Shown here piece after piece: positions 1 to 8,378 of a DNA stretch of 24,610 nt (position 1 is its first letter; each line of letters opens with the position of its first letter). Source of the DNA: a virus (taxonomy: Duplodnaviria; Caudoviricetes); IMG/VR virus record IMGVR_UViG_3300032820_002549, positions 1-24,610 of that record; one strand, given 5' to 3'. The translations under genes and the position numbers were made by a program. The notes under the pieces were generated by a model. That model was not told the origin of the DNA, did no database searches, and saw only the letters and a list, made by a program, of their open reading frames with translations.

Positions 1-87
1 GATAATACTAACCTACAGAGTGAGTTAGCTTGTGCTGGAGGTGTATGCGAGGTATTTTGATATGTTAGATCCGATGAAAGTTATAGT

Positions 88-369
88 ATGGGCGTCGATT
101 TTAGGGTTTTGTATTCTGGTATGGGTTTGTACCTTTATCGGAGGTCGCGTGATAGTGATGGAGTTGTTCAAATGATTTCTACAACATACTTCAATTGGGC
201 AGTGGATAATGATTCTACTGTCAGAATTAAAATAAAAAATGGTTTCCTTCAAGGGAAAATTAAACGTGTATGGTGGGATGATTACGAAGATCGTATGGAA
301 TTTGTCTGTGAAAGTGGTGTTACCAAACAGATAGGAGCTGAAGATATTCTTGAGTTGGATTTTTTATAA
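88..369 (+). CDS. hypothetical protein
   Basis: 93-aa ORF on the dominant strand; no recognisable motif; true start uncertain near window edge. Confidence 0.6.
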   Translation: MGVDFRVLYSGMGLYLYRRSRDSDGVVQMISTTYFNWAVDNDSTVRIKIKNGFLQGKIKRVWWDDYEDRMEFVCESGVTKQIGAEDILELDFL

Positions 370-372
370 ATA
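365..372 (+). promoter_or_regulatory. T4-type late promoter (TATAAATA)
   Basis: Exact TATAAATA about 20 nt upstream of the ATG at 392. Confidence 0.65.
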
Positions 373-391
373 ATTAGAGAAGGGTCATGTT

Positions 392-847
392 ATGTATAGT
401 TTCAAACAATTTTTAATAGAGGATGTATCTACAGCTTCAAAAATAGCTGATGTTATATATAGTTTTACCAGTGGGTTACTATATGGTTCTGATAGAGTTC
501 AGTGCCATCAGGCTGTTGAGAAGGTTAAGTTGGAAGGTAAAGCCTTGATGGTAGGTAGATTTTCTTTTTGGAAAGAGTTGGAGTTTATAGAATGGGATGA
601 AACTAAATGGGATGATTTTTCTAAACATGCTGAAAGTGATACTACATGGGAAAGAATAAAGAATGACGAATTTCGGGATTTGGTTAGAGATATTTCAGAT
701 GGATCTGTGAATGGTCATAGCTATATTAAATTATGGAATTATTACATAGATCCTTATTTCAATTCCTGTGGGTTGAGTTTTAAGGAAATACAAAAGGGTT
801 GTAAGTGGTTTACTAAGACTTATAAGAAAATGGGTATAATCTCATGA
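392..847 (+). CDS. putative capsid-packaged internal protein
   Basis: N-terminus MYSFKQFLIE resembles the T4 internal-protein capsid-targeting sequence (MKTYQEFIAE); follows a late promoter. Confidence 0.6.
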   Translation: MYSFKQFLIEDVSTASKIADVIYSFTSGLLYGSDRVQCHQAVEKVKLEGKALMVGRFSFWKELEFIEWDETKWDDFSKHAESDTTWERIKNDEFRDLVRDISDGSVNGHSYIKLWNYYIDPYFNSCGLSFKEIQKGCKWFTKTYKKMGIIS

Positions 848-2505
848 ATAAATTTAAACAATTTTTAGCCGAAGAAACGGCCAAGGTCAAGGAATGGGTA
901 TTCCATAAGAATACTCATATACCTATTAGTCGTAGGATGATTGAAAGAATTGAAGGGGCTAAAGAGCCTATTTATGCTATTCATATTACGAATCTTACTG
1001 GTTTGGGTAAACTTCACGATATATCAGGTACAGCTAGACAGGTTTCTGTTATGACTGATGCCGGTGAAGCTATGGATTCATTGATTACTGGTGGTGTTGC
1101 GACTGAAGGTGGAGTATTTACTATCTTGAAGGGTATTCCGTTATTACAGTCTGCACAGGATTTCTGGACGAAGTTGGATTCTCAGGGTCGTAAGTGGTTG
1201 AGTCTTTCAAAATTAGCATATCAAACTAAATCTAGGTCATCTAATCCTAATCAAAATGCTATAAGAATAGAAGATTTAGAAGAAAGTTTTTGGCAGTTGA
1301 AAAGGGATATTCTACTTACTGCGGTGAAAAGGTATCCAGAAGATCCTTGGGTTGCGAATTTCTACGCTGACTATCAAGATAATGAATCACAGTATCAACA
1401 ACGTGATGTAGATGGATTCATGGAAGATGGAATAAGTCTATATTGGAGAAATCTTGCACACGATGGTATGCCTATGTCTAGTGCGTATATTGATGCTAAT
1501 CCAGAACTAAAAGCACTGATAGGGAAACAGAGTCGCCCAGGATCACCATTAGTTCAGGTACACCGAAAAGTCAAAGGTTTTATGATTTCTGAGTACTATA
1601 AGGGTACAGAAAAAATTATGGGTCAGGGTAAAGGTCTATTGAAGATACATCATATTTTGAATGATGTTGATGAATATGAGTATAGAGCATGGGATGAAAT
1701 ATCCTTGACTGAATTTTCTATCGAGTTAGCGGGTACTCCGTTCCCTGATACAGGGTCTGCCTTAGAACCTTTATGTGATATTTTTAATATACCAGTTGAT
1801 GGTGTTTATGATGGATCTTCAGATCCACAGCATATGTTCTCAAACCAAATTGGTGCTTATACTAAAGATAGACTCAAAGATTATTATAAAGCAGTACAGA
1901 ATAATGATGAATCAGAGATAGATAGTCTGATTAGTAGTGCTATTAAACCATCTGAAATTGATTGGTCAGAAGAGCCCGAAGTCAAACCAGCAGCTGAACT
2001 TATAGATTTTGTTGAGATGACTATGAGTAATGCAGATCCGTTATACTTCAATGGTGGATTTTCGCATCCACCCGCAGGTATGGAAGATGTCTATGTACCA
2101 TACTGGAAAGAGGATGTAAATTACTATGATTGGGTAGAACAGGGAACGTTCACCTTGAATAATGTGAGAGGACTTTTTTACTTCAAGGCTAAGGCGGGTG
2201 ATTTGGTTAATCCGTTTGTATGGGGAGAGTTAGAATTAGCAGGAGCAGGTAAGGTAGTTTCAATATCACAGAGTGTAGATACAGATGTTACACAAATGGC
2301 ATTTAAGAAATGGCAAATGATGTGTATTAAAGCCGGATATAACATCATGGAAATGTCATTTGATGAGGCCGGTCAAGCTGCAGCTTATGCATTAGGTATC
2401 GCTGCAGGTATGTTTGGAGATTCTAATACAGATGACATAGTTGAGAAAGCAGTAGAGAATTTTACTGAACATGAAGTAGATCCAGACGTTGGATTTCCTT
2501 CATAA
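844..2505 (+). CDS. putative capsid-packaged internal protein, paralog of 2917..3936, possible ADP-ribosyltransferase-like fold
   Basis: N-terminus MNKFKQFLAEE; shares motif blocks IPxSxxMxxRI, YxxHxT, VMTD, GVxTxGGxF, DxQGRxWxxLS and WxE with 2917..3936; ATGA overlap with the upstream gene. Confidence 0.6.
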   Translation: MNKFKQFLAEETAKVKEWVFHKNTHIPISRRMIERIEGAKEPIYAIHITNLTGLGKLHDISGTARQVSVMTDAGEAMDSLITGGVATEGGVFTILKGIPLLQSAQDFWTKLDSQGRKWLSLSKLAYQTKSRSSNPNQNAIRIEDLEESFWQLKRDILLTAVKRYPEDPWVANFYADYQDNESQYQQRDVDGFMEDGISLYWRNLAHDGMPMSSAYIDANPELKALIGKQSRPGSPLVQVHRKVKGFMISEYYKGTEKIMGQGKGLLKIHHILNDVDEYEYRAWDEISLTEFSIELAGTPFPDTGSALEPLCDIFNIPVDGVYDGSSDPQHMFSNQIGAYTKDRLKDYYKAVQNNDESEIDSLISSAIKPSEIDWSEEPEVKPAAELIDFVEMTMSNADPLYFNGGFSHPPAGMEDVYVPYWKEDVNYYDWVEQGTFTLNNVRGLFYFKAKAGDLVNPFVWGELELAGAGKVVSISQSVDTDVTQMAFKKWQMMCIKAGYNIMEMSFDEAGQAAAYALGIAAGMFGDSNTDDIVEKAVENFTEHEVDPDVGFPS

Positions 2506-2601
2506 TTTATATCACCTATAGTATGGTGAAAAATTTACTAGATATTAATAGTCAGGTTATAACTGATAAACATCCGAATTAGGATGATAAGGAGGGGCTG
2601 T

Positions 2602-2742
2602 ATGATTGACGTTAGAACTAAGAACGCTGTGTTGTTCAATCATGGTGAAGCCGAGGTATATAACAATACTTGCATCCCTTGTAGTAACTACTACAAGGAC
2701 AAATCAGGTATATGTATATTAAAACCAGACATAAAAGTTTGA
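2602..2742 (+). CDS. small Cys-containing protein (46 aa, not in ORF track)
   Basis: AGGAGG RBS then ATG; MIDVRTKNAVLFNHGEAEVYNNTCIPCSNYYKDKSGICILKPDIKV; CxxC plus a third Cys; TGATG coupling to the next gene. Confidence 0.6.
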   Translation: MIDVRTKNAVLFNHGEAEVYNNTCIPCSNYYKDKSGICILKPDIKV

Positions 2743-2930
2743 TGATAAAGGATATAGTAACTGAAAAGAAAGAATGGGTGACTAAATATAATGATTATCC
2801 ATATGAATATTGGAAGCGGAGATGGGATTATTTATGTCGCAGATTGAATAATCATACTGACATGGAGAGGCAGTTACGACAACGAGATAGATATTATCCG
2901 AAGGTAGAGAAAAAAGATGCAAAGCTTTAA
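2742..2930 (+). CDS. hypothetical protein
   Basis: Track ORF 2712..2930; start moved to the in-frame ATG at 2742 because it is coupled (TGATG) to the upstream small ORF. Confidence 0.55.
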   Translation: MIKDIVTEKKEWVTKYNDYPYEYWKRRWDYLCRRLNNHTDMERQLRQRDRYYPKVEKKDAKL

Positions 2931-3936
2931 ACAATTTTTAACAGAAGGTGAAGCTACTAATTTATCTGAACTGATTCTAAAGGGTGCTATTCCCTTTTCA
3001 GAGAATATGTGGAATCGTATCACTGGCAAAACATCTACTACCATGTATGGAATGCACGTTACAGATTGGAATGGTGTATTTGATATTTTGAAGAAAGTGG
3101 TAGGTCGTAAGAAATCACTGCCGGTGATGACTGATCCTACAACAGAATGGTTAGCTCAATTTGCTTCTGGCAAAGGTGTACTGACAGATGGTGGTATATT
3201 CCTTATTTGTCAGGGTACAGTGATCGCTGAATTTGGAGAGGATATAGGTTCATATAGGGATAAGCAAGGTCGTAGATGGATAGACTTATCCTTTACCGCT
3301 AGTTTTGATTTGAGACATGATTGGATTGAATTTATCGGAGAGTTGCATGAGAGGATACTGGAAACGGTTATCAACTCACAAGATGGTAGTCCCGCAATGC
3401 AGGCTAAATTCGGAACAAAAATCCCAGATTATCTCGATGGTGACGGAACAGAATACTGGCGAAGTGATGATATACAGGACATAATGAGCCTGTTAGGAAA
3501 TTATGGTAATCCACTAGAGAAACGAGCTGCTATTATTATGTATATGGAAGAAGTCGAAAAGGAATTGAAAAAACCTCATTATCAAGAAAGTCTTATGCAT
3601 ATGTTCCTTTTTGGTGGTAGTCATGAAGATCCTATGACGGGTGGAGTCAGTCGCCAAATGTGGAATGAGCTGTTTATGGTGGATACAGAGATACTCAAAA
3701 TTATGGTATTGTGTGATGCTCCCGGCATCAACCTACCACTAAAGTATGCTCAAGAGGAATGGCCAGAGGGTAGAGACTTGGAAAGGGCAGTTAAGAAAGT
3801 GGTCTATTATCATTCAGTTGATAAACCAATTGGTAAGGATTTGAGAGCAGATGTAGAAATGTTACACAAGTTGAACGGTAGAATCAAGATAAATCTCAAA
3901 AAGGGGTTTGATTTTCCAACGGAGTATGAGGGATGA
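2917..3936 (+). CDS. putative capsid-packaged internal protein, paralog of 844..2505
   Basis: N-terminus MQSFKQFLTEGE; motif blocks shared with 844..2505 (MHVTD, VMTD, GVLTDGG, DKQGRRW, WNE). Confidence 0.6.
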   Translation: MQSFKQFLTEGEATNLSELILKGAIPFSENMWNRITGKTSTTMYGMHVTDWNGVFDILKKVVGRKKSLPVMTDPTTEWLAQFASGKGVLTDGGIFLICQGTVIAEFGEDIGSYRDKQGRRWIDLSFTASFDLRHDWIEFIGELHERILETVINSQDGSPAMQAKFGTKIPDYLDGDGTEYWRSDDIQDIMSLLGNYGNPLEKRAAIIMYMEEVEKELKKPHYQESLMHMFLFGGSHEDPMTGGVSRQMWNELFMVDTEILKIMVLCDAPGINLPLKYAQEEWPEGRDLERAVKKVVYYHSVDKPIGKDLRADVEMLHKLNGRIKINLKKGFDFPTEYEG

Positions 3937-4202
3937 TGAGCAAAACGTGGAATTGGTTCGGCTGGAATGTTACTGGCTGGGGTATTCTACAGATTATTCT
4001 TTTTGTTCTTCTTTTCATTATTGGGGTCAATAGTTGTGATTACAGGACTAACAAATTACTCACTGAACAGTCTACTACCTTTGAGAAGGAATTGGCCTAT
4101 AAACAGCGAAGACAGAATGAATTAGAATATCAGGTAAAAACACAACAGGAAAAAATGAGAAAATTAGAGAGACAGTTAGAATGTCTGGATGGTGATAAGT
4201 GA
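3933..4202 (+). CDS. membrane-anchored coiled-coil protein
   Basis: Hydrophobic segment GILQIILFVLLFIIGV followed by a Q/E/K/R-rich helix. Confidence 0.65.
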   Translation: MMSKTWNWFGWNVTGWGILQIILFVLLFIIGVNSCDYRTNKLLTEQSTTFEKELAYKQRRQNELEYQVKTQQEKMRKLERQLECLDGDK

Positions 4203-4393
4203 TTGAATATATTGAAGATAAAATATTTCGGTATTGTGATGAACGAAAAAAGAAAAATCTACCAATCAATATGTACAAGATACATGAAAAATTCATAAAG
4301 GATTGGTGGCACATAGTAGCTGTTTCGTATGGAAAATGGATAAAGAAAACGTCTAAACTACAAACAAAGGAATTATCAGAACAGGAATGGTAA
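4199..4393 (+). CDS. hypothetical protein
   Basis: GTG start overlapping the upstream stop (GTGA). Confidence 0.55.
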   Translation: MIEYIEDKIFRYCDERKKKNLPINMYKIHEKFIKDWWHIVAVSYGKWIKKTSKLQTKELSEQEW

Positions 4394-4405
4394 AGGAGAA
4401 ATGGA

Positions 4406-4828
4406 ATGAAGAAGTTTTTATCGGTACTTTTGGGTATTGTAGGTGCATTAGCTATTACTTTAATATTTAGCTCCTGTGCAGTGAAACCAAAATACCTAGT
4501 AGAAGAAACTTTGAAAGAAGAAGCTCAGAAAGAAATAAACGCAAGACAAGAAGAATGGAATTGGAAAAATCGTCATCGTGTACGACAAGAGAGAGAATTT
4601 TGGGAAGAACGACTTGATATATTACCGCCCATGGGTAATGTAAAAATGCAACGAATTAGACGTATGAGACAATATCGTAATCCACAGTTGGGTATAGGTA
4701 GAAATACCTATAATCCTAATAGGAGTGGTCAACGCAGACATATAACACCTAAAAAATATAATGGAGTAGCTGTACACAGGAAGAACTATTGGTCTAAAAC
4801 GACTATAGATCCAAAAACAGATGAATAA
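4406..4828 (+). CDS. putative lipoprotein, Arg-rich
   Basis: AGGAG RBS; MKKF + hydrophobic core + FSS-C lipobox-like site. Confidence 0.65.
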   Translation: MKKFLSVLLGIVGALAITLIFSSCAVKPKYLVEETLKEEAQKEINARQEEWNWKNRHRVRQEREFWEERLDILPPMGNVKMQRIRRMRQYRNPQLGIGRNTYNPNRSGQRRHITPKKYNGVAVHRKNYWSKTTIDPKTDE

Positions 4829-5621
4829 AAATATGAGAAAACTAATATGTTTTGTCCTGATGTTGGTTGCGACTACTGTATTTTCTGCTGATCGTTATGT
4901 CAGTAGAGATTTGTTATATTTTTGGGATTTTGAGAATAAGGATAGTTGGAGAATTGATAGGAAATTAGGGGCTGAAGCGTTTACACAAGGTAAAATCAGA
5001 TGGATACCGCCTGAAAGATCGTTTCAGAATCCAGAATCAGGGGTAATTCATTTACACGGAGATAAGAATACGACTACACTATTCCAGATACCAGCTAAAT
5101 ATACTGATAAAGAGTTTGAAAATTGGACATTAGATTTTGAGTTCGGTATAGGCACTCATTCAGTAGATCCAGATGAAAATGAAAGAGATCAGGGGCAAAT
5201 AGTTGATGGTATAGTAGTAGAATGGGGAGATTTACGAGTTACTTATTTTAAAGATGGTGATAATGAATTTCGTGGAATTGTTGAAGTTGAATATAGACAG
5301 AGAATAGTAAGGATACGTAATGTACGTGCATTTGATTTCCAGCACATGGTATTGAGATCCGAAGATAATGGAGTTTCAGTATGGATAAACACTCAGTGTG
5401 TCAGAGTTATTCATACACCTAGAACACCAGTCAGAAGTCAGTTGATAAAATTTGCCAGTGATGGGTATGCTGGTAGATTGGATGATATTAAGCTCTACAA
5501 CACCAGATTGAAGCCATGGGAAGTCACATATAATTATTGGGGTAATGAGTTAAGAGTAGATTTGAAAAATCTATTAGTAACTAGTTGGGCGGAAGTCAAA
5601 CGTCAAAGGATTAAAAACTGA
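4821..5621 (+). CDS. secreted LamG / concanavalin A-like jelly-roll protein
   Basis: Signal peptide ending in VFSA; LLYFWDFE, WTLDF, HMVL and GRLDDIKLYNTRL motifs typical of LamG-like domains; C-terminal VDLKNLLVTSWAEVK. Confidence 0.75.
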   Translation: MNKNMRKLICFVLMLVATTVFSADRYVSRDLLYFWDFENKDSWRIDRKLGAEAFTQGKIRWIPPERSFQNPESGVIHLHGDKNTTTLFQIPAKYTDKEFENWTLDFEFGIGTHSVDPDENERDQGQIVDGIVVEWGDLRVTYFKDGDNEFRGIVEVEYRQRIVRIRNVRAFDFQHMVLRSEDNGVSVWINTQCVRVIHTPRTPVRSQLIKFASDGYAGRLDDIKLYNTRLKPWEVTYNYWGNELRVDLKNLLVTSWAEVKRQRIKN

Positions 5622-5779
5622 TGATAGGCAGAATAGTAGCTACTTTTGTGGCTGCTCAAAAAACGAAAGAGAGGGAAGCTAAAAAGAAAGTGAATAGTCG
5701 TAAATCACTGAAAAGGACTGTGGTAAAAACAAAAAAGAAAGAAAATAAATTTAGTGATAACATTCTCAAGGAGCTTTAG
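5621..5779 (+). CDS. small basic protein (52 aa, not in ORF track)
   Basis: TGATG-coupled start; MIGRIVATFVAAQKTKEREAKKK...; fills the gap exactly up to the nfuA start. Confidence 0.55.
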   Translation: MIGRIVATFVAAQKTKEREAKKKVNSRKSLKRTVVKTKKKENKFSDNILKEL

Positions 5780-6364
5780 ATGGATAATTTTGAGTTAGAG
5801 GTTACGGATTCGGCGATTGCTAAAATATCTAGTGTGATAGAATCAGAAGAAATGCCTCTTGATAAGACTTTGTTTAGATTGAAGATTTCTGGCCAGAATT
5901 CTACTGAGTTTGAGTATCAGATGGGGTTGGAATTTAGAGAGGATGAGTATACTACAGCTCAATCCTTTTTCAATTTGGATACGTTTGATATGATAATTGA
6001 TGAGAAATCTCTAAACTTTCTGAACGGTTCTACCATTGACTATAAGACTGAGCTGAATAATGAAGGATTTGTGATAGATAATCCTAATGTACCTCAACGG
6101 AGTGAGATTGAACAGAAAATAACTGCTCTGTTAGATTCTACGGTCAATCCTCAAATTGCATCACATGGGGGTAAGATTGAAGTGGTTAGGGTAGAGGCAG
6201 GAGTTCTATACATTACTATGCATGGGGGCTGTCAGGGTTGTTCATCGTCTAAGTATACATTACAGTATGGTGTAGAACAGCAAATATTCTCACAGTTTCC
6301 AGAAATAACCAGAATTGATGATCTAACAGAGCATGAGGAAGGAGAAAATCCTTATTATACATAG
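5780..6364 (+). CDS. nfuA: Fe-S cluster carrier NfuA (degenerate A-type domain + NifU C-terminal domain)
   Basis: N-terminal VTDSA...IIDEKSLNFLNGSTIDY...GFVIDNPN; C-terminal VNPQIASHGG...GGCQGCSSSKYTL with CxxC. Confidence 0.9.
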   Translation: MDNFELEVTDSAIAKISSVIESEEMPLDKTLFRLKISGQNSTEFEYQMGLEFREDEYTTAQSFFNLDTFDMIIDEKSLNFLNGSTIDYKTELNNEGFVIDNPNVPQRSEIEQKITALLDSTVNPQIASHGGKIEVVRVEAGVLYITMHGGCQGCSSSKYTLQYGVEQQIFSQFPEITRIDDLTEHEEGENPYYT

Positions 6365-6372
6365 GTGAATAA

Positions 6373-6714
6373 ATGGTAAGTATAAGTAACGTTGCGGTAA
6401 AAAAATGTAAAGTGTTGATGGAAGAAATTGAAGAAGGTTCTTCAAGTCATGGTGGTTTGCGTTTGAAGGTAGAAGGCGGGGGATGTTCAGGTTTTCAGTA
6501 TGATTTATCATTTGATGTATGGAGCGATGATGATATGGTGTTTTGGGCAGAAGATGAGGACGAAAAATTTCCTGTAATTGTGGATAAAAGGTCGTTTTTG
6601 TACATTGCTGGCTCAGAAGTTAATTATCAGGATGGTTTGATGGGTAGTGGTTTTGTCGTAGAGAATCCAAAAGCTAATTCTACCTGTGGCTGTGGAGAGA
6701 GTTTTAGTATGTAA
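6373..6714 (+). CDS. iscA: A-type Fe-S carrier (IscA/ErpA/SufA, HesB family)
   Basis: LRLKVEGGGCSGFQY, VDKRSFLYIAGSEVNY and C-terminal NPKANSTCGCGESF with all three conserved Cys. Confidence 0.92.
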   Translation: MVSISNVAVKKCKVLMEEIEEGSSSHGGLRLKVEGGGCSGFQYDLSFDVWSDDDMVFWAEDEDEKFPVIVDKRSFLYIAGSEVNYQDGLMGSGFVVENPKANSTCGCGESFSM

Positions 6715-6799
6715 TGGCAACTAAATGGTGTATTTTAAGAATGCTATTTAAAATTGTTTGTTTTTTACTTATTCTATATTTATGTTTTGGAGAGTTATA

Positions 6800-7225
6800 A
6801 TGAAGCACAATATTGAAAAAAGGGGATTTAAGCAGGTCAAAAAGACTGTTGGTTCCCATCACGTTTATATAAACCAATACGGAAATATTACATTTAGTAG
6901 TAGTTTGATCCGAGAGATTACTCTCAGACGCACTCATAACGCAGTGTTGTATTTCAATGAAGATGATAATATTTTAGGTATTCATGTCGGTGTATGGGAT
7001 TTGAAGAAAGATCGCGATCTGGATATTACCATTATTCAGGATGAGGTAATAATGGCTAGAGAGTTGATAGAACATATAGAGGACGAGCAGGAGATAAAGC
7101 TATTTCCTGTGGGTGAAGAAAAAAGAAGATTAGAGGTAACTGAAATAGAGGACATGGCACGTAATTCAAAAATGATATTGGTTGAATTACCCGAAAGAAC
7201 TCAAAAAAGATCATTCCGCAGGTGA
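6800..7225 (+). CDS. hypothetical protein
   Basis: Track ORF 6758..7225; in-frame ATG at 6800 follows a GGAG RBS. Confidence 0.7.
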   Translation: MKHNIEKRGFKQVKKTVGSHHVYINQYGNITFSSSLIREITLRRTHNAVLYFNEDDNILGIHVGVWDLKKDRDLDITIIQDEVIMARELIEHIEDEQEIKLFPVGEEKRRLEVTEIEDMARNSKMILVELPERTQKRSFRR

Positions 7226-7250
7226 CGGAATGTTATTCAATAGTGAACAG

Positions 7251-7258
7251 TATAAATA
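7251..7258 (+). promoter_or_regulatory. T4-type late promoter (TATAAATA)
   Basis: Exact motif just after the stop at 7225 and upstream of the ATG at 7305. Confidence 0.55.
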
Positions 7259-7304
7259 TAGAGAGAGATGGGAACGAAATAATCCAATTTTGAAATCGGA
7301 ATTG

Positions 7305-7631
7305 ATGGCCGTTACTCATAATTATGAACCCCTGTTTGGCCATCGTGTATTCACTGCAAACGCTACCAATTTTATGTCACAAAATGCATGGTACTCTTAT
7401 ATGAGAACTATAAAGTATACTGATCAAGACGTATACGATTCTTGGAAGATAGAAGTACATCCAACCGCTGAAAATCCAGATAAGCCTTTTCACTATCCGC
7501 ACCATATTTTTGAAGTAATGATGCCAGAAGAATTTCTTGACGGAGATATTTTCATGGCTATTAACGTCAGACCCAAAGATGAACCAGAAGAAACAGAAAG
7601 TTTTTTGGTAGGTGCAAATATCACACTATGA
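7305..7631 (+). CDS. hypothetical protein
   Basis: Track ORF 7182..7631; likely start MAVTHNYEP at 7305, downstream of the late promoter. Confidence 0.6.
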   Translation: MAVTHNYEPLFGHRVFTANATNFMSQNAWYSYMRTIKYTDQDVYDSWKIEVHPTAENPDKPFHYPHHIFEVMMPEEFLDGDIFMAINVRPKDEPEETESFLVGANITL

Positions 7632-8044
7632 ATGATCTAGGACATTGGCAACCTGATTTGGATTTTTCCATAGATGACTACTTTGGATTTGTCTATAAAA
7701 TCACCAATATCCAGACCAAAAGATCCTACATCGGCCGTAAACAATTCCATTCATATACCAGAAAAAAAATCAAAGGGAAGAAAAACCGTAAGAAGATTGT
7801 GCGTGAATCAGATTGGAGAACGTACACGGGCTCCTGTGAGCTTTTAAATGAAGAAATCGTAAGTATGGGTAAAGAGAAATTTACTTTTACAATTATAAAA
7901 TTATGTGTGACCAAGAGAGATTTAGGATATTATGAGACTAGGATGCAATTTACTGAAAATGTCTTGGAGTCCAAATTCTCTGATGGTTCGCGTAAATACT
8001 ATAACAACAATATTATGTCGCGATGGTTTGCGACGGAAGGATAA
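7628..8044 (+). CDS. GIY-YIG family endonuclease (Seg-like)
   Basis: FGFVYKITN...SYIGRKQF, ESDWRTYTGS, conserved E and YYNNNI. Confidence 0.85.
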   Translation: MNDLGHWQPDLDFSIDDYFGFVYKITNIQTKRSYIGRKQFHSYTRKKIKGKKNRKKIVRESDWRTYTGSCELLNEEIVSMGKEKFTFTIIKLCVTKRDLGYYETRMQFTENVLESKFSDGSRKYYNNNIMSRWFATEG

Positions 8045-8048
8045 ACAG

Positions 8049-8222
8049 ATGGGTAAGTATGAAATAGAAGTGGAAGATCTACAAGAATTAGAGGATCAGT
8101 ATGGAATTACTATCAAGGGTCGCCAGCCGAGAAGGAAAGATCCAAAAATGAAGAAAGAGCGTAGAGATCAAAAAAATATTCCTGAATGGAAAAAAAATCG
8201 AAAAAAACTTCAAAAGGACTAA
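8049..8222 (+). CDS. small protein, acidic N-half and basic C-half
   Basis: 3' part of track ORF 7932..8222; ATG at 8049 follows AGGA. Confidence 0.6.
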   Translation: MGKYEIEVEDLQELEDQYGITIKGRQPRRKDPKMKKERRDQKNIPEWKKNRKKLQKD

Positions 8223-8256
8223 ACCTTTTCTGAGCAGCTTCGTCTAATATAGTGTA
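8220..8256 (+). promoter_or_regulatory. ECF-sigma-like promoter repeat, copy 1
   Basis: TAAACCTTTT-N11-CGTCTAATATAGTGTA; four intergenic copies with identical spacing. Confidence 0.65.
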
Positions 8257-8321
8257 TATGTTAATGGACAAGATTAAACCGTTGTTGGGTAAAAAAAGTT
8301 TCAAAAAAGGTGAAATTAACC

Positions 8322-8351
8322 TTGACTTTGCTACCTCGTAAATGGTATAAT
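8322..8351 (+). promoter_or_regulatory. sigma70-type early promoter, copy A
   Basis: TTGACT-18 nt-TATAAT with TG extension and A-tract upstream element. Confidence 0.85.
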
Positions 8352-8378
8352 AGTACTATAAACAATTGAGGAAATGAC

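Noticed and set aside
7628-8044. GIY-YIG gene as an intron-encoded or mobile homing endonuclease
   Set aside because: No interrupted host gene or group I intron structure seen; the protein is only the catalytic domain, without extra DNA-binding repeats
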